From: the human T2T-CHM13v2.0 reference genome, Homo sapiens
Length of the DNA stretch: 64,000 nucleotides
Strand: one strand, 5' to 3'
NCBI RefSeq assembly: GCF_009914755.1
Contig: NC_060932.1
In this document: one piece after another, positions 55,500 through 64,000 of the stretch
How positions within the stretch are numbered: position 1 is the stretch's first letter
Layout of the letters: each line of letters opens with the position of its first letter
Program-made: the position numbers and the translations under genes
Notes under the pieces: generated by a model
Database searches by the model: none
Seen by the model: only the letters and a program-made list of their open reading frames with translations
What the model was told of the DNA's origin: nothing

Positions 55500-56826
55500 G
55501 TATTCTTAAAAAGTCAAAAGTTCAGAGTTCGGTCAATAGATTTAATGTAGTCCCTACCCTGTCAAAATTTCAACAATGTTTTTTGTTTGTTTCATCGTTT
55601 TTGTGGAGATGGACAAGCTAATCTTAAAATTCGTATGGAAATGCAAGGGAACCTGAGTGGCAACATCTATCTATAGAAAAGAATAAGGCTGGAGAACTCA
55701 CACTTCCTAGTTTCAAAACTAACAGCAAAGCTACAATGATCAAAATCGTTGTGACCCCAGATTAGGAAATAGTTTCTTAAATATGACACCAAAAGCAGGA
55801 AGAAGAAAAAAATAGATAAATTATATTTCCTTAAAATTAAAAACTTCTGGTACAGGAAGACATAGTGATAAGTCAGCGATAATAGTGATAAGAAACCAAT
55901 ACCAAAACCCAGAGAATTAAAGGAAATATTTGCAAACCATCCACCTGATAAGTCTTGTATTCAGAATATTAAAACGATTCTTACAAGTCAGCAACAGAAC
56001 CAACAACAAGCAACCCAATTAGAAACAGAGCAAAGAATCTGAACAGGTATTTTTCCAAAGAAAATATGCAAATGCAATTAAAACCAACACTAAAACACCA
56101 TTCAGTCATTAGGGTGGCTACAACAACAGCAAAGACAGATTAAAAAAAGGCATGGACAAAATATGAGGACATCGGCAAGTCCACACGTTCTGCAGGAACG
56201 CAAAGCAGTGGAGCCATGAGGAGAACAGTGTGGCAGTTTCTCAAAAAGTTAATCACTGATTTACTATAAAACTAGCAACAGCATTCCTAGACATACACCA
56301 CAAAGAATTGAAAACGTATGTTTGCACGAAAGGAGAACATGTAAGTTTATAGAAAAATTATTTATAATACCCCAGAGTGGAAACAACCCAAATGCCCTTC
56401 AGCAGGTGGTTGAAGAAGCAAATGCTGTATGCACATACAATAAAATATGAAGTCATAGAAAGAATGAAATACTCCTACACGCTACTGTATGGATAAAGCC
56501 GGAACATATTTTGCAAAGTGAAAGAAATCATATACAAACGATCACATAATGTATGATTCCATTTGTATGAAATGTCCCAAATAGGCAAATCCAAAGAGAC
56601 AAATTAGATTGGTGGTTTCCACAGGCTGGGGAAGTAAGGGAGAGATCGGGAGATATGGGATTTCTTTATGAGCTGATGAACACCTTCTGGAATTAGATAG
56701 TTGCTATGAAGTCACAAAATTGTGAATATTCAAAAAAAAACCCACTGAATTTTATATCAGTAAAATTATATGAATTTATGTGAATTTTGCATTAATAAAA
56801 GCTGATTAAAAATAAATACAATAAAA
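55500..56826 (+). mobile_element. L1MB-type ORF2 end and 3' UTR
   Basis: ggaaatgcaaggga, ggagaactcacacttcc, atatgacaccaaaagc, ggaaacaacccaaatg, aataggcaaatcca, aataaaagctg. Confidence 0.88.
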
Positions 56827-56879
56827 AATTGTATATTTTATATACTGTAAAATCTTATCTCATATTAATATAAATTAAA

Positions 56880-57956
56880 TAAAAAGCATTCTCACAAGAC
56901 AGAGAAATATTTCATACTGATAAAAGGTTCAATTCACCAGGAATATGTAATTGTTCTACAACTCTAATTCACTTACTAACATAGCTTTAAAATTATATAA
57001 GATAAAAATGTACTGAACCACAAAAGACAAAAACACAAATTCATAATGTAGCAAGGTTTTAACACATGGTGCTCATAAATGAGAAGAAAAAAGATATTTA
57101 AATTCAGTAAAGATATAGGAGTTTTGGAAACAGAATGAACTATTTTGAATTAAATGACATATGTAGATGTTTTATACTCCTAGGGGAGTGCAGACGCTTT
57201 TAAGCACACTCAGGAATTTACCAAAAAATGGCCATGTTCTTGGCCACAAGTGAGTCCCAACACATTTCAAATAATTGAAATCATACAGAATAGGTTATCT
57301 GACTATAGCACAATTAACCCAGAAAATTTTTAAAAATCTATATATTTAGAAATTGAGGGATAGATTGTATAAGTCTAAAAGTCCAATGAATTTAAAATAA
57401 ACATTAGAAAATATTTTAAAGTATACGATAATAAAAATAGTCTTTATTGAAATATATGGGTGCAGAACATAATAATGTTTAGAAGAAGTTGTAACATCTG
57501 GAATGTACATTTTTTTAAAGTGAAATTAAAATTAAATGAGGTTGTCTTTCATCTCCAAAAGTCAAGAAAAACAGTAACTTCAAAGAAAGCTGAAGAGAAA
57601 AAAAGCATAAAGATAAGACCAAAAATCAATGAAATATAAAACAAAAGACAAAGAAGGTTAACAGTCAAAGGTTCATTTTTTGAAAGGATTATTAAATATG
57701 AACCTGTAGGAATATTTATATAAAAAAAGAGAAAGTAAGGGCACAACTAACAATCAAGAATTGGCAAAGATGACATCAGTGTAAATCCTGCATACATTCA
57801 ATAATTCATCAAATTTATTGTGAAAGATTTTCTGCCAGTAAGTTTGAAAATTTAGAGGAAATTTTTAAAAATTCCCAAACAAGAATAAAGGCAACTTACT
57901 GAAGCTTCAAAAGTGCTAAAAGTAAACCTCACGATTAGAAACTCTTCCTCTCCTCC

Positions 57957-58001
<45 letters not shown>

Positions 58002-58700
58002 AAAAATGTATTATCCTTCATGGTTTCGTCAGTGAGAAAGAAACAGACAGTAAACATTTAAAGAGATAACTAATAGCATTAGCAATCTGGGGAATGCAGA
58101 CTGTAACCACTGTAAGGAAGCGTTACTTACATAACAGAAAGACTTAAATGAAATGTATCACTTTTAAACATTGACAATACAAAGTATTGGCAAAGATATT
58201 AAACACTGAGAACACTTATACACTGCTGGTGAAAGTACTGAAGGTATAATCTCTTTAGAAAACACCTTAAAATTATCTATTAAAGCCCAACATACGCATG
58301 TCCTTGGTCCTGAAATTTTTAATCTTGAGTCTATGTCCAATAGACCTTCCAATTTATGTTTACACAATACATACATAGATATAAATTATACTGTATGACA
58401 CAGTGTGATATGCCACAGTAACACATACAAACTACCTATAGCTAAATGTGAATAAAGGGCTGAATTTCACAAATATACATGGCTGATCTTTAAAACCCCT
58501 GAATTTAAAAATACTTGTAATATAATTGTAAAGTTTGATAAAAGGCAAACTAATTGAGTTTAAAGGCCTGGAAGATGGTTACATCTAGACAGGTGGGAAG
58601 TTTAGTTATATCTGCAGGGGTTGGAGGTGGTTCCGTGATGGTGGAAATGTTCTGTTTATAGCCTAAGAGGTGGTTGAATAGGATGTGCTTTTGGCCAATT
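56880..58700 (+). mobile_element. L1ME-type ORF2 and 3' fragments
   Basis: tgataaaaggttcaattcaccagga, aattgaaatcatacaga, tctgactatagcacaattaa, tttgaaaggattattaaa, acactgctggtg. Confidence 0.75.
57958..57999. repeat. (CA)n microsatellite
   Basis: Read directly. Confidence 0.95.
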
Positions 58701-59274
58701 TATTATATTTCCAGTTCTGTTTTTTTTTCTAGTTCGCAGTAAAAAGATTAGATCACTGGTGAATATTTTCACAAAAACAGTCAAGGGGTTTAAGAAAAGC
58801 ATAGATGCACAAGAACAAAAGAAAAGGAAATAAGGTGATATTAGATCAATCAATCAGTCTTGTGATCTAACCTCTCCATTCACTACAGCACAAGTTTAGA
58901 AGCAGGAAACCATCTGAATGACCAGCAAATCACCTCACATATAAGTTTAACCTTAATTTCCAGTGGGAACTCTAGGAAGAGACCCCCAGTTCACTGCAAA
59001 CCCCTGCTGCCTTCCCCCATCCTAGACAATAACCAGAAATGCAGTATTCAGGTACTCAGAAGCAATATGACTGGGTATCAGGAGGCAATTTAAGGATGAG
59101 AACCTGCCGGATTGAAATAGGGATATTTAGCACAAGTTCAAGTAATGAATGCTGAGAACATCAGCCATCTCCCTAATGACTCCTGTATACTGGTAACAAA
59201 GATTCCTCAAAGCAGGTGATTGGTAATGCTTTCCTGGGCGAATCAAATCTGTTTGAATAGACAGGTTAGATCAC

Positions 59275-59458
59275 AAGATTGATTGATTAATTGACATATA
59301 GACAGATTAGGTGGATGATAAATAGATTAGATGGATGAATGGGTAAATAGTTGGATGGATAAAATGATAGATAGATGATAGGTAGATTAGGCAATATGGA
59401 TGGATGGATGGATGGATGGATGGATGGATGGACGAATAGTTAAATGGATGAATGGATA
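59275..59458. repeat. (GATA)/(GGAT)n tetranucleotide region
   Basis: Read directly. Confidence 0.9.
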
Positions 59459-59796
59459 CTTGAAGAGGCTGACATTAGGGATTGATCACTAAACAATTTA
59501 GTCACATCAATCTATAGTGAAACATATATTCTATGAACCTCAATGAAGAAAAAAAGAATTCTCAATCATCTTTTGATGTCCCATTCTAAAATATGAATGG
59601 AGAGAGAAAGTTCCTCACACACTTTGAAAAAGGCTTTGATATGAAATTAGAGGCTAATAAATGGGAAAACAATGAAGATAGAGGAATTAGAGACTGTGCA
59701 GGGGAATGAAAACAGAAAACAAAACAAGAATATCACTGGTATATTCAGAGAAGTCAAAGAATGTACAAAACAGGACGATATACGTGCACACATGGA

Positions 59797-59862
<66 letters not shown>
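59797..59862. repeat. (CT)n(CA)n compound microsatellite
   Basis: Read directly. Confidence 0.95.
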
Positions 59863-59864
<2 letters not shown>

Positions 59865-62675
59865 CTTAGAAGAAACCATTAGAAAAGGAAAAAGAACTCA
59901 GCTGAAGGTTTTTGGATATAAAGTGAATTCTATTTCCTAGAAAGTAGACAAAAGAGACAGAAAAATTGAAAATATGGAAAAAGAATACATTCAGTAGAAT
60001 AGTTCAAGTTCTAATATTTGAAAAGTTCAAGACAGAACAGAGAAAAACAGAAGTGAGTGTGTTACTGATACAAAAGGCCCACTCAGAACCCACAACAGTG
60101 TGAAAATAGACTCACACCAAAGGCTGTCATCATGAAATTCCAAAATACTGGAAAAAAGATAAGACCTGAGCTTATCAACAGAAGTAAACATGCTGTATTC
60201 TTAGACCTCAGAATAGCATTAGATTGTCAATAATGTCAGTGAAAGCTAGAAGATGGAGCATGGTCTTCACAGCTTAAAGAAAGATATTTCTAAATTAGTA
60301 TCTATCCCAAAGCCATCAATTATGCATGATGATACATTAAAGACAATTTTGGATAAGCAAGGCCTCAAAAATGTAACCCCTAAATGCTCACACACAGGAT
60401 GCTGTGGGAGGTGTGAGTGACCCACATAGGAGACTAAATCTAAAGTGGTGTGGAGGTAAACTGAGGGAGGCTAGGAACACAGTGCAGGAAATAGAGATAG
60501 CAGCCTTGGAGTGCCAGGGACGAGAGGCCAGGATTGCATCTGTAAAACAGGCCTGGAAGGAGATCTTGCAAATGGGAACAGGTCAAAAACCTCTAGGGAA
60601 GATTTATTATGCAAAGGGAAGTTGGTAGAACACCAAATTGATAGAAAATTCATACTGTGCCGTAAATAAAGAAACTAAGTATATGGGGCAGTAGAAGAAA
60701 TTAGATTGTTAGCAGCAGTAGGGTTGTTCAGGGAATGAAAATTATTCCTGGGGTGTATATGGCTCAGCGATGAGACTATTTGCAGTCACATAATAACAAG
60801 AGGGTTAGTATCATCCTAAGCAAAATGATGATATAAAAGCAAAGCAAGAAGGAGAAATGGAAGGATTATGGGGAGAGGAAGGAGTGAAAGCAAGGCAAAT
60901 TGCCCCTTTCCATAACTGAAATGCAATATATATTGCTGCAAACTGGAAATTAATAAATAGTGATCAGAGGATATTATTTACAATCATAGAGGTAAATTCT
61001 AAAAAATAATTAATTAAAAGAATTGAACATGCGAGCCTGTGGGACGGAGTATGGGCAACTGAGATACCTTGTAAAACCCATGGACTCTTTAAATTATAGG
61101 CAAGTATAACTCTACGATAAATGAAAGCCAAATTAAAAATAAAACAGTAAGGGAAGAATATAAAAATACTGTAATGGCTATAAAGAGTTTGTATATTTCC
61201 TACAACTCAAATCTACTTCCAATTGAGCATAGCTTTATGTGGATATTTACAAAAGAAACAAAACAAACTCTGCCAAGATTTTTAATGTTTTCTAAAATGC
61301 AGTCAGGGCATCTGAAAACACAGAATCTTGAAGGCAGACTACATAGAGTAAATACATGTTTAATTAATAAGTTACTAAGATTGAATGACAAGCATAGATC
61401 TGAATCTTAGGGTACAATTAATGTGATGATTCTGAGATCCTGCTAATTTTTAGGAGTAAAATGCACACAATATATGGAATAGACTTCTTTATTTGCTGTA
61501 CAGCATAACAAAGCCACATAATAATTACAATTTGTTTCTACTGAATGATAGAGCCATTTGGACACCCTTAATGTCATCAATTAGAGTTTAATGCATAATT
61601 AAATTTTACAGCTAATAAGCGCACAATGAAATAAAAAGGCCAATTGATGGATAATGGAAATTCTCCACTTGAATAGCAAAATATCATTTGGAAGGCAATG
61701 ACTTCTATGCAACGTCATTTAAGCCACTAAGCTAGAGTCATGAGTCAGATTTTCATTTCAGGTCTAGAAATTTTCATTTATTTCTAATTAGCTAACTAGA
61801 TTGTAGCTTTGCAGGAAAATAAGCGGAGGTGATTTGTTTATACACTGAGGATCCTCAATCGTCGGTTAACATGTAAGGAGCTTAAATACTTTACAACACA
61901 TCATAAATGCTCCATAAATATTATGTGTAGTAATCCCTATTCCAAATCTAAAGGCATGTCACTATTTATTTTGCAGAAAGTTTACACCAATGGACTTTAT
62001 GCTCTATATAGTCACATGCAGTAGTGAGTGGCATTTCTTTTTCTTTATTTTTACACATATTTCTCTTTAATGAAATGAATATTATTTTATTCTTTACTCC
62101 TAAAATATTTACAATAATTAGATTTCAAGACGCAAAGCAGCTCCCTGCCTGTATCACATTTGAGCACGCGTCACTGTTTTCCCTTTCTGGTAGCCATCCA
62201 AGGACATCAGCTTTATGGCTAGCAGGAATAGTAGAACATCCTCTTCTTTCTGCAATACCAGCAGTTAGAGGGTTTAGCTTCCTGTTCTGTTCATTATCTT
62301 TCTATTTGACTGTACTACGTCCATGCAACAGCTCCCCTGTTCTAGGGTCCCTAGCATACTTTTAACTTATTATATATAATATTTACTACTTTTCAGTGGA
62401 ATCAAACTGTAAAAAATAAGACAGCTGACTTTAATATATGACTTTGAATAAGTAATATAAGGGTCAAGAGATACAAAGAACAAACAACGGAAGACACAGG
62501 ATTTCATAGATTCTCCAATGTGCTTTTTTTACACTTTCACATGGCAGCAGTTGAACTATGGGGGATATGTCTTACAATCCAAGATGTATGACATTGGAAT
62601 TAGCACTGTTCTTTTTAATGTCTTTCTGTAACGGCATATAAAATAATGGCACGTCTTAAAATTGATGTTGACTCA

Positions 62676-62823
62676 GATTCACCGAGATAAGTAAAGATGC
62701 CAGCATCATGTGGCTGAGGATGCTTCCCAGCTCACCCTTGTGTTTACTTGGATTCACCGAGATAAGTAAAGATGCCAGCATCATGTGGCTGAGGATGCTT
62801 CCCAGCTCACCCTTGCGTTTACT
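62676..62823. repeat. Tandem duplication, 2 x 75 bp
   Basis: Copies start at 62676 and 62751; 72 of 73 bases identical. Confidence 0.97.
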
Positions 62824-62964
62824 CCACATCCTCTTAGAGACGTGCAATGCAGTTTCTTGTATATGCTGCTAAATCAGAATTCTATTTTACAGGAATGTAA
62901 GAGTCCTTTCTGTTGCTTTCTCAGCTTTACAGAAGTAGACTGACAAAAATTGTGTAACTATATA

Positions 62965-63140
62965 TTTATTTAGTATACATAATAATATAAAATATATATG
63001 TATAGTCTACAACCTGATTTTTATGTCCATATACACTATAACTGGTGACCACAGTGGAGCTAATTAACAAATCTATCACTTCACATAGTTCCTTTCTTTT
63101 GTGTGTGTGCTGAGAACACAACATCTCCTTCCTTAGCAAG
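62965..63140 (-). mobile_element. L1MA 3' end fragment
   Basis: ccacagtggagctaattaacaaatctatcacttcacatagtt...gtgtgctgagaacac..catct. Confidence 0.75.
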
Positions 63141-63229
63141 TTCTGAGGATTCCGGATGGAGTCATCGATGTCTTCCATTTTTCATTCACATTATACATCT
63201 CAAATGTCTTTCATGCCAGTTCAGAGAGA

Positions 63230-63860
<631 letters not shown>

Positions 63861-63870
63861 TTGGATTGTC

Positions 63871-64000
63871 TTTTTTTTTGGGGGGGGGGGGTGGAGTCTC
63901 ACTCTGTCTCCCAGGCTGGCGATATCTTGGCTCACTGCAACCTCTGCCTCCCAGTTTCAAGCAATTCTCCTGCCTCAGCCTCCCAAGTAGCTGGGATTAC
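63871..64000 (-). mobile_element. Alu (partial, runs off the window)
   Basis: tggagtctcactctgtc..ccaggctgg...cctcagcctcccaagtagctgggattac. Confidence 0.95.

Larger units (their letters stand above)
58750..61144 (+). mobile_element. HAL1/L1ME-like element
   Basis: ORF1-like aaaaggcccac..aaaatagactcacaccaa..catcatgaaattccaaaatactgg; 3' end gactctttaaattat..gcaagtataact...aaaataaaa. Confidence 0.65.

Noticed and set aside
52290-61144. Intact or active L1
   Set aside because: Fragmented, highly diverged pieces with no long ORF1 or ORF2

Overview
Human genomic DNA. It is Alu-rich and includes a near-pristine AluYa5-lineage copy, a subfamily that is essentially human-specific. The window is AT-rich and intergenic or intronic in character, with no recognisable protein-coding gene, RNA gene, CRISPR array or CpG island. 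The listed ORFs I inspected fall in Alu, L1 or LTR sequence, in tandem repeats, or look like chance frames. Content is about 22 Alu/FLAM/FRAM copies, old L1M/HAL1/L2/MIR relics (a long L1/HAL1 block at about 52-61 kb), several LTRs (MSTA, THE1, MLT1, MLT2, MER39-like, a MER57 stub), a nested MER63 DNA transposon, and many minisatellites (units of 23, 24, 26, 55, 56 and 75 bp). The most interesting non-repeat signal is at about 9.8-13 kb. Two strong splice donors point away from each other across about 450 bp of unique sequence, with plausible downstream exons on both strands, which suggests a divergent lncRNA pair. Next to them is a 15 x 55 bp VNTR whose unit packs FOX, GATA, TCF/LEF and HNF4-like motifs into 20 bp. 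This model is a hypothesis from motifs only. Repeat subfamily names come from recalled consensus sequences, and their coordinates are approximate unless a target-site duplication (TSD) is quoted.
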